From: a virus | Lineage: Duplodnaviria > Caudoviricetes | Length of the DNA stretch: 54,897 nucleotides | IMG/VR virus record: IMGVR_UViG_3300009505_000017 | Coordinates: 1 to 54,897 of that record | Strand: one strand, 5' to 3' | Shown here: positions 36,105 through 46,400 of the stretch, one piece after another | Layout of the letters: each line of letters opens with the position of its first letter | How positions within the stretch are numbered: the first letter of the stretch is position 1 | Notes under the pieces: model-generated | Database searches by the model: none | Told to the model about the DNA's origin: nothing | What the model saw: the letters and a program-made list of their open reading frames with translations, nothing else | Position numbers and translations under genes: made by a program

Positions 36105-37199
36105 TTATTTTTTACTTCTAATTTTCAATCCTCTACCACTTGAGTCTGAAACTTGACGAGCCTTAAAGCCTGTATCTCCAATCGCTTGAGGAGCTTGCCT
36201 AGTCGACATGTTAATGTTTTTACTTTTTTTAGAAACATCACTTATCGCATCTGCTTTCCCTTGGTCATAAAAATAACTAGCAAACTTTTGAGGATTCATT
36301 GCAGCACTTAAAGCTGTATGCCATCCCTTTGCATCACTTATTAAACCATCTTCACCAACATACCTGCCGACTAGATTATTTAAATCACTTTGCTTTGTCT
36401 TCATTTCAGTAACATCACCATAAGAATAATTTACAATTTTATCTCCAACATTAAACTCAAAACCTTTGAATTCTGGATTAAAAACTTCATTTGTCTTTTT
36501 TACAAAAAAATCATTTTTCTTTGCATTGGCTTCTTCAGCTGATTTAGAATTTTTAATATAACTTCTATATGCTTCAACTTCTCTCTCCTGTTCTTCAGAA
36601 AAAGAACTCCCACTTGACTCAAGAGGAACTCTGTATTTTTCTTTTAAATCGTTAAGATATGTTTTAGCTTTTGAAAGTTCTCTTTTTTTAGCAATGTTCT
36701 TTTTCTTTATTTCTTTTTCATCATCAATGTCTTCATCATATGAAAACTTTTCATCCATTAAATAATGAATGTCTTCACTATCTAAATCAGATTCAGTTAA
36801 AGAATAGTACTCTGCTAACACTTGTTCGTCATCTAAATCATCGTATTGTTTATTTACTTTTACGAAATCTTCAAAACCACGCCCTGTGTTCTTTTTATAA
36901 TCTAAATATTTAGACACCTCTTCTGGCAAATCATTTGTCTCTTCTCTTTGAGCAAACAAATCATCAACAGATGAAATATCTTTATTATATCTATTTTTAA
37001 TATATGAAAGAACGTCTTCGTCTTTTATAGTTGGACTTTCAACTGCCAATTCTTCGGCTTCTTGTTCTAAAGGTTGCTCTTCAACAACATCATTAGGTTT
37101 ATCGTTAAACTCAGCTTCATGCTTTTGTAATAACTTCTCTTCTACTTCCTGTACAGATTTTTCCGCTACAGAATCTAGTGATTTTACTTTAATTTCCAT
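36105..37199 (-). CDS. Capsid scaffolding protein
   Basis: Acidic, helical, basic extreme C-terminus; between portal and capsid. Confidence 0.7.
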   Translation of the reverse strand: MEIKVKSLDSVAEKSVQEVEEKLLQKHEAEFNDKPNDVVEEQPLEQEAEELAVESPTIKDEDVLSYIKNRYNKDISSVDDLFAQREETNDLPEEVSKYLDYKKNTGRGFEDFVKVNKQYDDLDDEQVLAEYYSLTESDLDSEDIHYLMDEKFSYDEDIDDEKEIKKKNIAKKRELSKAKTYLNDLKEKYRVPLESSGSSFSEEQEREVEAYRSYIKNSKSAEEANAKKNDFFVKKTNEVFNPEFKGFEFNVGDKIVNYSYGDVTEMKTKQSDLNNLVGRYVGEDGLISDAKGWHTALSAAMNPQKFASYFYDQGKADAISDVSKKSKNINMSTRQAPQAIGDTGFKARQVSDSSGRGLKIRSKK

Positions 37200-37215
37200 T
37201 TGATTTAATTTTTTA

Positions 37216-37223
37216 CAAAGTTA
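37216..37223 (-). promoter_or_regulatory. Bacteroidota -7 promoter element TAACTTTG
   Basis: Intergenic, upstream of scaffold and capsid. Confidence 0.65.
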
Positions 37224-37251
37224 ATATTTAATTTAATAAAGTATTTAAGGT

Positions 37252-39687
37252 TTATCTAGGTTCAAATTCAGCTAAATCAAAACCATCTAAACTATCTTCA
37301 TTTGATTCAAAACTTACAGGAGCTAAGTTGTTTTTTCTTTGCTCTATTAATTTTGATTGCTCTGTGTTAGCTTGACTTATTCTTTTAGACTTAGCTTCTT
37401 CACGTTGATTTTCTCTCATTTTCAACCCCTCAATTTCAACACCTTTTAATTTCATTTGTAACTGAAACTCTAGTTGCATTAACTCAGCTTTTATAGCAGC
37501 CTCTCCCTTCATTTTTTCTATTGAAAAAGTTGCTTTTCCTTTCTCAATTTCCATAGAAGCTTGAGTTTCCATTTGTAATTTTTGCATTGCTGTTTGAGCT
37601 GCTAGTTGTTGTGACTGCATATTTATCTGACCTTGTTGTTGGGCAGCAGCAGCTTTTGCTTGTTTTTCAGAGTCTTCTTTTGCTTTACGCCTAACCTTAA
37701 GCATCTGATTAGCAAGTTTAACATTTCTTATTTCTCTAATGTCAATTGCATCTTCTAAGTTTATACTATCCCTGCTTAAAGCGGTTTGTATATTTTGCTC
37801 TAAAAGTTTTTGTTGCTCTTCATCTGGAGCTACTTCTATGAAGATGCCAAAATCACTTAAATATAATTCAGATATTTCTTCTAAAATTCCAACATTATAC
37901 TTACCTACCTGATTAATAAATTCTTCTCTAAAATCTGCATACTCTAACAAATCAGCTACTCTACTAGATAATGCTGTACAAAGCCTTTCTGTCATTGCTA
38001 TTCCAGAGTCTAATATGTGTCTAGTTGCAGTATTACTGCTTAAAGCTGCTAGTTTTTGAAGACCGACTAAAGAATAAGAATCTGGTGTTGCTCCATCTCT
38101 AGCTTCATTTAAACCTGTTACATCTCTAAGCATAGACATATAATGATTATACGTACCTACAAGACTTTGTATTTTTCCTTGCCCTGAACTACTGTTCAAT
38201 TGTTGGATAGGTACTTTTGCTTGATTATAATCTCCGTCTTGAGTATAACTTCTACCAATAACACTTCCTGTTTGGAAAAACATTCTAAGTGCATCTTCTG
38301 GATTGTATGCTTGACCTGTTCCTAAATCTACTTCACTTAATCCATCAGCATCTATGTAAACACCATCTGGTACAACTCTTGAAATAACTTGTTGTAATTT
38401 TAAATGGGTCATTTGAATTAGATCAGCAAATGTAATCATTCTTCGTACTAAAGATTCTAAAACTCCTTTATACATTCTTGGAGCAGCAGCTAAAAACTCT
38501 GGATACACTTCTTGTGATGCAGAAGCTGGTCTAGCCATGTTCTCAGCCATCTCCCATTTAAGCATAATACTTGTACCCATAATCATAACTCCCTCATACC
38601 AAACATCAATTGTTTTAGATACTTTTTCATAATTACCTTCATCTTGCATTTCTGGAGTTGGATTAAAGCTGTCATCTTTTTCAATAACTTTTGAAGCTCC
38701 TGATGAATTTGTTTTTTTCTTATAAGTAAATGTATGGGTTGTTTTATAATTAAAGAATAAAACAGTGGCACTGTCTTTACTGAATAAACTATTATTGTAA
38801 TACTGTGCTGTATTATTGTAATCATACCAACTTTGACTATATTTTGATATTTCTTCCATATCAACCCTAGTTAAACTTGTGTCAATTTTAAGCAATTCAC
38901 TTATTGGTAAAGTTTTAATTTCACCCCAATAAAAACAATCTTTAAAATAAGGGTCTTCTGTATAACTATAAACTACATTTGCAGGATCAACATATTCAAC
39001 TTCAATTCCTGAACCAGGTTTAAAACTATGTTTGCACATTTGAATACCTAAGACCATTTGGTCATAGTAAAGTCTTTTTTGCAAATCATGGTATCTGCTT
39101 TCAGCTAAAACGGTATTTATTGCTTCTTCCTCTGCAATTTCAATAGATGGCTTGTATTTTAATTGCATATGCAAAGCAAGCTGCTCATCGTTTTCAGGAA
39201 CTTCTTCAGCACTCATTCGAAAAGTATTGACATCAAAATCTTTTTGAACTTGCTTCATTAGATCTTTAGAGATCATATCTTTTTCTAGTTGTCTTTGATA
39301 TTTACTTTTTTTATCAAGAGACATACCATCCTGGGCATAAGCGTTAATTTTAAATACTCTGTCAGCCATTCCATTAACAACTATGTCCACAAACTTTGGT
39401 ATAATTGGGACAGGAGTCCAGTCTAAATTTAAATAACTTAAATCCCCATCAATTGCTAATTCATTTTTATATTTAGCTATTGACTGCTCTCCACGAGCAT
39501 ATAATCGAAGTCTATGAAAGTCAGCCCATTGATTATAAAACCTACTTTGTCCTCCGTCTTTTCTGAACCACTCATATTGAATGGCTTGTCCTATTTGCAA
39601 CCCAAACTCAACGCTGTCTTTTTCTTTGTCAGACACGAATTGACTTGGGAAACCCTGAGGGTTTATTGCTATTTTTACATCCTCCAT
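37252..39687 (-). CDS. Portal protein
   Basis: 811 aa adjacent to terL; PIIPKFVDIVVNG, RDVTGLNEARDG, long C-terminal Q/A-rich coiled coil like a podovirus portal barrel. Confidence 0.85.
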   Translation of the reverse strand: MEDVKIAINPQGFPSQFVSDKEKDSVEFGLQIGQAIQYEWFRKDGGQSRFYNQWADFHRLRLYARGEQSIAKYKNELAIDGDLSYLNLDWTPVPIIPKFVDIVVNGMADRVFKINAYAQDGMSLDKKSKYQRQLEKDMISKDLMKQVQKDFDVNTFRMSAEEVPENDEQLALHMQLKYKPSIEIAEEEAINTVLAESRYHDLQKRLYYDQMVLGIQMCKHSFKPGSGIEVEYVDPANVVYSYTEDPYFKDCFYWGEIKTLPISELLKIDTSLTRVDMEEISKYSQSWYDYNNTAQYYNNSLFSKDSATVLFFNYKTTHTFTYKKKTNSSGASKVIEKDDSFNPTPEMQDEGNYEKVSKTIDVWYEGVMIMGTSIMLKWEMAENMARPASASQEVYPEFLAAAPRMYKGVLESLVRRMITFADLIQMTHLKLQQVISRVVPDGVYIDADGLSEVDLGTGQAYNPEDALRMFFQTGSVIGRSYTQDGDYNQAKVPIQQLNSSSGQGKIQSLVGTYNHYMSMLRDVTGLNEARDGATPDSYSLVGLQKLAALSSNTATRHILDSGIAMTERLCTALSSRVADLLEYADFREEFINQVGKYNVGILEEISELYLSDFGIFIEVAPDEEQQKLLEQNIQTALSRDSINLEDAIDIREIRNVKLANQMLKVRRKAKEDSEKQAKAAAAQQQGQINMQSQQLAAQTAMQKLQMETQASMEIEKGKATFSIEKMKGEAAIKAELMQLEFQLQMKLKGVEIEGLKMRENQREEAKSKRISQANTEQSKLIEQRKNNLAPVSFESNEDSLDGFDLAEFEPR

Positions 39688-41913
39688 TTATTTTATAATT
39701 TGGCTATAACTTCCCTTATTGTCATATCTTGCAAAGTTAAGTTTTATTTTTGATTTATTTTTAATGGGCTGGTAAAGGTTCTTCTGTATAGCCATGATAG
39801 CTAAACCAGAACTAATTGAAGCATCAAACTTTGTTCTTTTGTTTATATCAAACCTAGCCCAATCTTCTAAAGTTCTAATAAAATACATCGAACCTATAAG
39901 ATCTTTCTCTCTAAAAGTACCTGATAAATCAAATCCAACATTCTTTTCAATATAAGATTCTATTGCGGCTGCATGAGCTTGTTTTATATCTTCAGAGCTA
40001 TTAGGCATACCTCCTAATTCTTTTTCAGTTTGTGACAATTTATTATAAACCTTATCAGGCCTATTCATTGAAAAACCTCTATAACCTCTGTTTTTAAAAT
40101 GATACAACAATCTTGGTTTATTATTTTCTATTAATATTGGCATACCATAAAACACACAAGCCATTAATACATCTTCAAAAAACATTTCCGCTGTTTGTGG
40201 TCTAGCAATATATTCTAAAAAAAATTCATTAGTAGGTCCTTCATCCATGTGAAACTTAGTAACGCCATGTAAAGCACCATTAGATCCTCCACCACCTACA
40301 GTCCCAGATATATCATAACTATCACATCCAAAAGCACCTATGTGGTCGTTTTTTGGGTATTTAACTCCATTCTTTAAGTAGTATTGATTTTGTAATTGTT
40401 TTTTTGGTGTCCATGTTACATAAAATCGTCCTCTATCATTTGGAGAAAAAATAACTTCTGTATCTTTAATTCCATTTTTCCATGAAAACGAACCTCTTGT
40501 TACAAATCTATCTTTTATTAATGAATCATTGTAATCTATTTGCTGATAAAGTTTTTGAAGATTAAATAACGATTGTTTACTTTCATCTCTAAAAGCGTGA
40601 GATTCCGTACGAGGGAACTGTCTGTAATACTCGTTTAATCCATCAGGATCTGATTTAAGACCCTCAACCTCATTGTTCCAGTGATTGATAACACCTTGCT
40701 CGATTACATCTCCTAAAGGCCCTTCTATCTCTTTCCCTGGATCATCAAATACAGGATATCCGTAAACATCTATAAATCCTTCATAGTTCCATTCCATAGG
40801 GATGAAAAGTGAATATAATCCACTTTTAGTTTGACCATTCTTGTTTCTTTTGTTTACATTAGAATCTGAATATAATTTTTTAAAATTACCACCTCCTTTT
40901 TCAATAGAATTAGAAGTACTTCCCATCATACATTTTCCAATAATCTTAGATCCTAATCTAAGACAGGTCTTAGTAACTCGCCAATTGTTTAATATGTTAT
41001 CAGGTCTTTCCCATTTCCCACTTTCATCATGAGCTAATATTTTTAATTTTTCTCCATCGTAAGAGTTGTCACCTGTGTTTTTCCAATCTATTGTCGTGTC
41101 AAGCCCTTCAAGTTCTGTAGCGGCTTCATTGGCATCAAGCTTTTTTCTGGTAAGCTTGGAGGCTGGTACTCTATAGGCAAGTTCGGTCTTGGGCCTGTCC
41201 ATACCATCTTGGATCGGTTTGAAAAAGAAGGGGTAGTTGAGCGATATCGGTACGACTTTATCGGTAAACATCTTCTTAGCATCTGACCCAGTTTTTGACA
41301 ATATTCCAAAACGTGAATCTCGTGATGTGGTAGCTTCATGCACGAGTTCTGATGAGGACATAAACGAAAAGCCTGATCGTCTGTTCTTAAGATAACACAT
41401 TCCATATGACCGTATGTCTGCTTTGCAAGCTTCCCAGAATATGTAGAATAATCTATTTGATTCCCTAAAGTTTGGCTGCCCAACATCAATTTTGGTCCAG
41501 CACAAGTACATGTAGTGAGAACCAGTAATAAAAGTAGAAACCCCTTTGTTATTAAACCAAAAACCTTTTTCACGTCTTTCAAATTCTTTGTCAATATAGT
41601 CATACCATTTCTCTTTAAAGTTATCTGGATGTTTGTCCCAATCAAATACATTTTTAATTTTACTTAATTCTTTTGGATAATCTAATTTACCCCAGTAATT
41701 TTTTTTAAATTTATAAACATCTTCTTCTTTTGGTAAAGCTATTTTTAAATTTTGTATTTCATATATATCACCAATCATACCACTTTTGGATATAACAACA
41801 ATATCATATTCTTTATTATACCCATAATCCCACAATCTTTTTTTATTGTTAGATTTTAGAACCTTTTCAGGAACAATGTTATTTAGTATTTTATATAAAG
41901 TTTGTTCGTACAT
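39688..41913 (-). CDS. terL: Terminase large subunit
   Basis: Walker A LKNRRSGFS, Walker B LAHDESGK, coupling motif GSTS, nuclease FGCDSYD and terminal FDASISSG. Confidence 0.9.
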   Translation of the reverse strand: MYEQTLYKILNNIVPEKVLKSNNKKRLWDYGYNKEYDIVVISKSGMIGDIYEIQNLKIALPKEEDVYKFKKNYWGKLDYPKELSKIKNVFDWDKHPDNFKEKWYDYIDKEFERREKGFWFNNKGVSTFITGSHYMYLCWTKIDVGQPNFRESNRLFYIFWEACKADIRSYGMCYLKNRRSGFSFMSSSELVHEATTSRDSRFGILSKTGSDAKKMFTDKVVPISLNYPFFFKPIQDGMDRPKTELAYRVPASKLTRKKLDANEAATELEGLDTTIDWKNTGDNSYDGEKLKILAHDESGKWERPDNILNNWRVTKTCLRLGSKIIGKCMMGSTSNSIEKGGGNFKKLYSDSNVNKRNKNGQTKSGLYSLFIPMEWNYEGFIDVYGYPVFDDPGKEIEGPLGDVIEQGVINHWNNEVEGLKSDPDGLNEYYRQFPRTESHAFRDESKQSLFNLQKLYQQIDYNDSLIKDRFVTRGSFSWKNGIKDTEVIFSPNDRGRFYVTWTPKKQLQNQYYLKNGVKYPKNDHIGAFGCDSYDISGTVGGGGSNGALHGVTKFHMDEGPTNEFFLEYIARPQTAEMFFEDVLMACVFYGMPILIENNKPRLLYHFKNRGYRGFSMNRPDKVYNKLSQTEKELGGMPNSSEDIKQAHAAAIESYIEKNVGFDLSGTFREKDLIGSMYFIRTLEDWARFDINKRTKFDASISSGLAIMAIQKNLYQPIKNKSKIKLNFARYDNKGSYSQIIK
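41088..41603 (-). CDS. Putative nested (+1 frame) lipoprotein inside terL; spanin candidate
   Basis: Frame open for 187 codons (41651-41088); from Met at 41603: basic N-region, GFLLLLLVLTTC lipobox-like signal, Pro-rich C-terminus. Confidence 0.5.
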   Translation of the reverse strand: MTILTKNLKDVKKVFGLITKGFLLLLLVLTTCTCAGPKLMLGSQTLGNQIDYSTYSGKLAKQTYGHMECVILRTDDQAFRLCPHQNSCMKLPHHEIHVLEYCQKLGQMLRRCLPIKSYRYRSTTPSFSNRSKMVWTGPRPNLPIEYQPPSLPEKSLMPMKPLQNLKGLTRQ

Positions 41914-42200
41914 TATTTTGATCTACCTTCAGCAAAACCTTTAAATGATGCTGCTTTTGTTTCTACATTACTTTTGTCTATCATATTGTTTTCTTCTTCA
42001 ATTTTGCTTAAAATTTCAAACGCATCAAATATAGCTAACTTCTTAGATGCTGCTGCATTTTTTAATCTATCAGCTGCAATATCAGGAGACAATCCATCAA
42101 GGTCTTTTTTTAAAATACCTTCATTAGCAACTTTTATAAGCTCTTGAACAGCTTTTTTACCTGCCTTAATTATTTCTAATTTTAATTCAATATTGTTCAT
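41913..42200 (-). CDS. Probable terminase small subunit
   Basis: 95-aa helical protein coupled directly to terL. Confidence 0.55.
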   Translation of the reverse strand: MNNIELKLEIIKAGKKAVQELIKVANEGILKKDLDGLSPDIAADRLKNAAASKKLAIFDAFEILSKIEEENNMIDKSNVETKAASFKGFAEGRSK

Positions 42201-42675
42201 AGACAGTATTTTTTTTTAAAAAACAAACGTGTATTAATCTTGATTCATTATCTTCATCACCAAAGTTTTCAAAAATATTTCTTGAATGTTCTAAATGAGA
42301 AGGAAAAACAATTAACCTATTTAGTTTTGATTTTAATATACAACTTTTTTCTCCTTTATAATATAAAGTAGTTCCATCTTCTTTTGGTGGATTATAATTT
42401 AAATAAAGAATTGCAGTCAAATCACCCATCATTTCATCTGTATGAATAAAATTAGGTTCTATTTGATGTTCTGGAGATTTTCTTACAAAATTTAAAGATG
42501 AATAAAAATTAGGGTATTTTTCCAAAAGAAAAAGAACCAACTCATCTTCACCCCTTTGTCTAACATTTTTAAATAAATCTTCACCAATTTGAATATCTTC
42601 AAAACCTTTGTTAATTACATCACAAACATAACTATCAATATCTTTTATTACATTTTCATATAAGCTTACATTCAT
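42187..42675 (-). CDS. 2OG-Fe(II) oxygenase
   Basis: FIHTD (HxD), AILYLN, GTTLY, NRLIVFPSHLEHS (distal His), SRL (2OG-binding Arg). Confidence 0.85.
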   Translation of the reverse strand: MNVSLYENVIKDIDSYVCDVINKGFEDIQIGEDLFKNVRQRGEDELVLFLLEKYPNFYSSLNFVRKSPEHQIEPNFIHTDEMMGDLTAILYLNYNPPKEDGTTLYYKGEKSCILKSKLNRLIVFPSHLEHSRNIFENFGDEDNESRLIHVCFLKKNTVYEQY

Positions 42676-43235
42676 AAAGTCATTGTTATGTTTTTATCAA
42701 ACATTCGATAAAGTTTTTCACCATCTATAGTATACTCATATTCACTGTCTGGTTGGAAATAAACAACAGTTCCTTTAATAATACCTTTACTAATTAAGTA
42801 TTCATTAGGATACTTAACTAAACCCATTAATGGCTCTTCTTCTTGGTGGGTCTTAAGATAATGATTTTTTTTAGGAATAGGCTTTATCATGCAATATTTA
42901 GAATGACAAAACCATTCATCATTCTGTTTATACATATAAAACTGATCGTAATCAATAAAAAACAAGTCATCTTGAAAGAAACTTTTACCGCTTCTTTCTT
43001 TTCCTTTCATGTCATTATAATATTTAAAAACATTATGATGAACCAGCAAGGTATCTCCTGGTTTAATATTACCCTTGTAATCTATAGGGGTTTGTTGTAC
43101 AATTGCGTACCTATTGGAAACGGTATGATCTTCTTTGGAGTTGCTTATTATAAAATCAACATCTCCAATTTTTTTTGTATTATCATACCTTTTTCCATTG
43201 CAAGGTTTTACAATGAAGTAAAAAGGTGATTTCAT
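42672..43235 (-). CDS. Tandem GroES-like co-chaperonin-fold protein
   Basis: Two halves each resembling GroES (FIVKP...IKPGDTLLV and CMIKP...KGTVVYF..YTIDGEKLYRM...I). Confidence 0.55.
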   Translation of the reverse strand: MKSPFYFIVKPCNGKRYDNTKKIGDVDFIISNSKEDHTVSNRYAIVQQTPIDYKGNIKPGDTLLVHHNVFKYYNDMKGKERSGKSFFQDDLFFIDYDQFYMYKQNDEWFCHSKYCMIKPIPKKNHYLKTHQEEEPLMGLVKYPNEYLISKGIIKGTVVYFQPDSEYEYTIDGEKLYRMFDKNITMTL

Positions 43236-43462
43236 TCAAAATTTATATTATATTCAATTGATACTGGCATATTAGAATTGAATTCTTTCCAAAGAAATAT
43301 TTCTCCTTGTTTATTTTCAATCCAAACTTTTATAGAGTTGCTTTCGCTTATATGCTTTATTAAATGAATATAATAATTTCCGTTAAAAATTTCCTGATTC
43401 ACTATGTAGTGCATGGCGCTGGATTTATAATCAGCGCCAACTGATATTTTTCTTATATCCAT
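43232..43462 (-). CDS. Hypothetical protein
   Basis: 76-aa ORF heading the packaging operon, ATGA-coupled to the next gene. Confidence 0.8.
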   Translation of the reverse strand: MDIRKISVGADYKSSAMHYIVNQEIFNGNYYIHLIKHISESNSIKVWIENKQGEIFLWKEFNSNMPVSIEYNINFE

Positions 43463-43485
43463 TATATTTAATTTTATTTATATTT

Positions 43486-46400
43486 TTATACGTCTTTAAG
43501 AAATCTAATGTACGCAGCACGCTGTGCGCCATTTGCACCGTCAAAACCTGAAATTAGGAAAGGGTCTACTGCACCAACAGACCAATATCTTAGAACATCC
43601 CAGTTTCCTGATTGTGATATAGTGCTTGTCCAGATGTATTCTCTAGCTGTATCTTCAATGAAGAAAACTTGATTAGATGCTAACGCACCACCCCCATATC
43701 CATTAAGGTTGAAATCAGCATCTCCTAATTCGGTTGTATCGGTTAATCCAGCCCAAATTCCTGGGTTAGAACCATATCTATTTTGATTAGGAGAACTATC
43801 ATTACATGGGACGTTTGATATTATGGTCCACTCTTGCGAAGTCGGAAGTCTAAATCCTGTTGGTGGCTGTATTTGTCTTGCTGCAAATTGATTATATAAA
43901 AGACCTCTTTCGCTGTTATTAAAATCAAAGTCCCAGTATGCAGCTACTGGAAGTCCAGCGTTATGCTGAGCATAGAATTCAGTAGCATTTGTAGCAATAG
44001 GAATAGCCCCACCTGATATTGTATCGGTTATAGTTGAATTTTCATCAGTAAATACAAAATCACAAACTGTAGTTTCACCTGGCGTCTGGTCTTGCTGAAT
44101 TTCTCCAGTTAAGACTCCGTTAGCTATACCTCCTCCAGCAGGTATTGTTCCGCTTGGGTTAGTAGATGTGAACGCAGTAACTAAGCTGTATCCTGGATTT
44201 AATTGAAGTCCAGTAGAAAAGCTATAAGGAGTAACGCCTCCCACTCCTGTTTGAGTTGCACCATCTAAGTCTCCTGTAAGAGTGTATCCTGCAGCTGGGC
44301 CAATAATATTATTTTCAATATCGTATGTTATTGTGCTATTAGCACCTGCTATTGATTCTTCAAAATATAAACAAATCGCAAGCTCACCATCATTTGGTCC
44401 TACAACACCTGTCTCTACTCCTACTACAGCAGTGTTTGCAAACTGGTTAATTGTAATTCCGAATGATGAAACATCTGCTTGACCTGCAGCGTATGTGCCA
44501 GAATCAAATCCGTCTAGTCTAAATAAATCTCCAGAAAGATTTAGTGGATTGTAATTACCTATAGTAGATGACAATCCATCTGGTATTGTTCCAATGGTAA
44601 AACCTATGCTATCTCCAGCAGGTATATTTAAAGGAGAACTTCCCATCCATACCCAAGTAACAAGTTTTAACTTAAGTGGCAATGGTGTTCTCCATAAAGG
44701 AATTTGAGTAGGTTGAGTAACATTAGATGTCCACTCCATAAAGTCATACCCTTGAGTCTGACTTCCTAGGTTATTTATTAAACCAGTCATTATAAATGTT
44801 GGAGTAACTACGTCAGGAGTTTCAATGACCCTTCCGTTAGCATCAACAGATAAATTATAAGTTGCAGTACCTGCTACCTGACCAGCTCCATATGTGTTTA
44901 GCTTAAGTTCTCCGTCTTTTCTAATTTCTAAAGCGTTAGAGTCAAATCCTGGACCTGTTCCGTTTCCTATTATAAATAAGTTGTCTGTTGTATTCCATGA
45001 GTTTACACTTCCTGGACCTACAACTGAATTGTAAGAACCTAGAACTGTTTGTCTAAAGTCTGTAACCTCTAGTCCAGAACCGAATGCGTAAGCAAAGCTT
45101 CCTGTTAATGAGTTATCTAATCCAATACCTGTTGACCTTTGAGAAGATGAAAACGCTGTATTTGAAATTCCAATTAACGTTGACTCAGCTGAGTCTGTAA
45201 GGTTTCCTGAACCAAATATATAACTTAAAACTCCTACAGATTCGTTTCCTGTTCCAATAGATACTGATTGTATCCCTGAAGCTGTATTTGGTTGCCCCCC
45301 TATAGATATAGAGTCTTGAGCAGATGCTTCTTGACTATTACCAATTGTTACTGAGCGAAGTCCTGATGATATATTTCCTTTACCAAATGAGGATGAATCA
45401 ATTCCACTTGCTGTAGATTGATTACCAATCGCTGTAGATTGATCGCCACTAGCTGTTGTTTGACTTCCCATTGCTGTAGAAGCTTGCCCACTCGATTCTG
45501 TTGAAAGTCCTGATGCAAAAGATGCAGCACCACTTGCTATTGTTGTATTATTTAATGCTGTAGAGTAATTACCACTTGCTGTTGTGTTTGCTCCCATTGC
45601 TACAGAACCCTCTCCTGAAGCTTCAGTTTGTAAACCCATTGTTGTAGAGTAATTACCACTTGCTTCTGTTAGAGTTCCTGTTGCTAAAGATTGACTACCA
45701 CTTGCTTCTGAATTAACTCCAATCGCTATAGAGGCATTTCCACTTGCTTCTGCGCCATCTCCTATTGCAAAAGACTTACCTCCACTTGCAATTGTGTTTT
45801 GTCCCATTGCGGTAGAGTTATTTCCACTTGCTTCTGTGTTTTGTCCCATTGCAAAAGATTGACTGCCACTTGCAATTGTGTTTTGTCCCATGGCTACAGA
45901 CCTATTTCCACTTGCTTCTGTGTTACCTCCTATTGATGTAGAAGCATCTCCACTTGCTGTCGTGCCATTTCCTATTGCTACTGAATGGCTTCCACTTGCT
46001 TCTGTTGAAAGTCCCATTGCGGTAGAGTTATCTCCACTTGCTAATGTTGAAAGTCCCATTGCAAAAGATTGAGCGCTACTTGCTGTTGTGTTTTGTCCCA
46101 TGGCTACAGACCTACCTCCACTTGCTATTGTATTAAGTCCTGACGCAAAAGATGTACCACCACTAGCTGTTGTGCCATCTCCCATTGACGTAGAAGCATT
46201 TCCACTTGCTGTTGTATTTAAACTTAATGCTGTAGAAGCAATTCCAGTAGCTGTTGTGCCATCTCCCATTGCGGTTGCGGCTTCACCATCTGCAACAGTA
46301 AGAACACCCATTGCGGTTGCGTTATCGTCATTTGCCTGTGTGCCTCGTCCTAAAGCCACAGACGCATCACCAGAAGCAACTGTATTAAGTCCAAGTGAAA

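Noticed and set aside
38583-38864. 93-aa +1-frame ORF inside the portal gene (and similar 61-74 aa ones at 9338, 20779, 30392, 45348, 49640)
   Set aside because: I/L/K/M/Q-rich composition typical of shifted-frame read-through of AT-rich genes, with no motif and no local codon anomaly noticed
43486-44100. Diversity-generating retroelement targeting the lectin-like fibre tip
   Set aside because: No reverse transcriptase gene and no second copy (template repeat) of the 3' end found in the window
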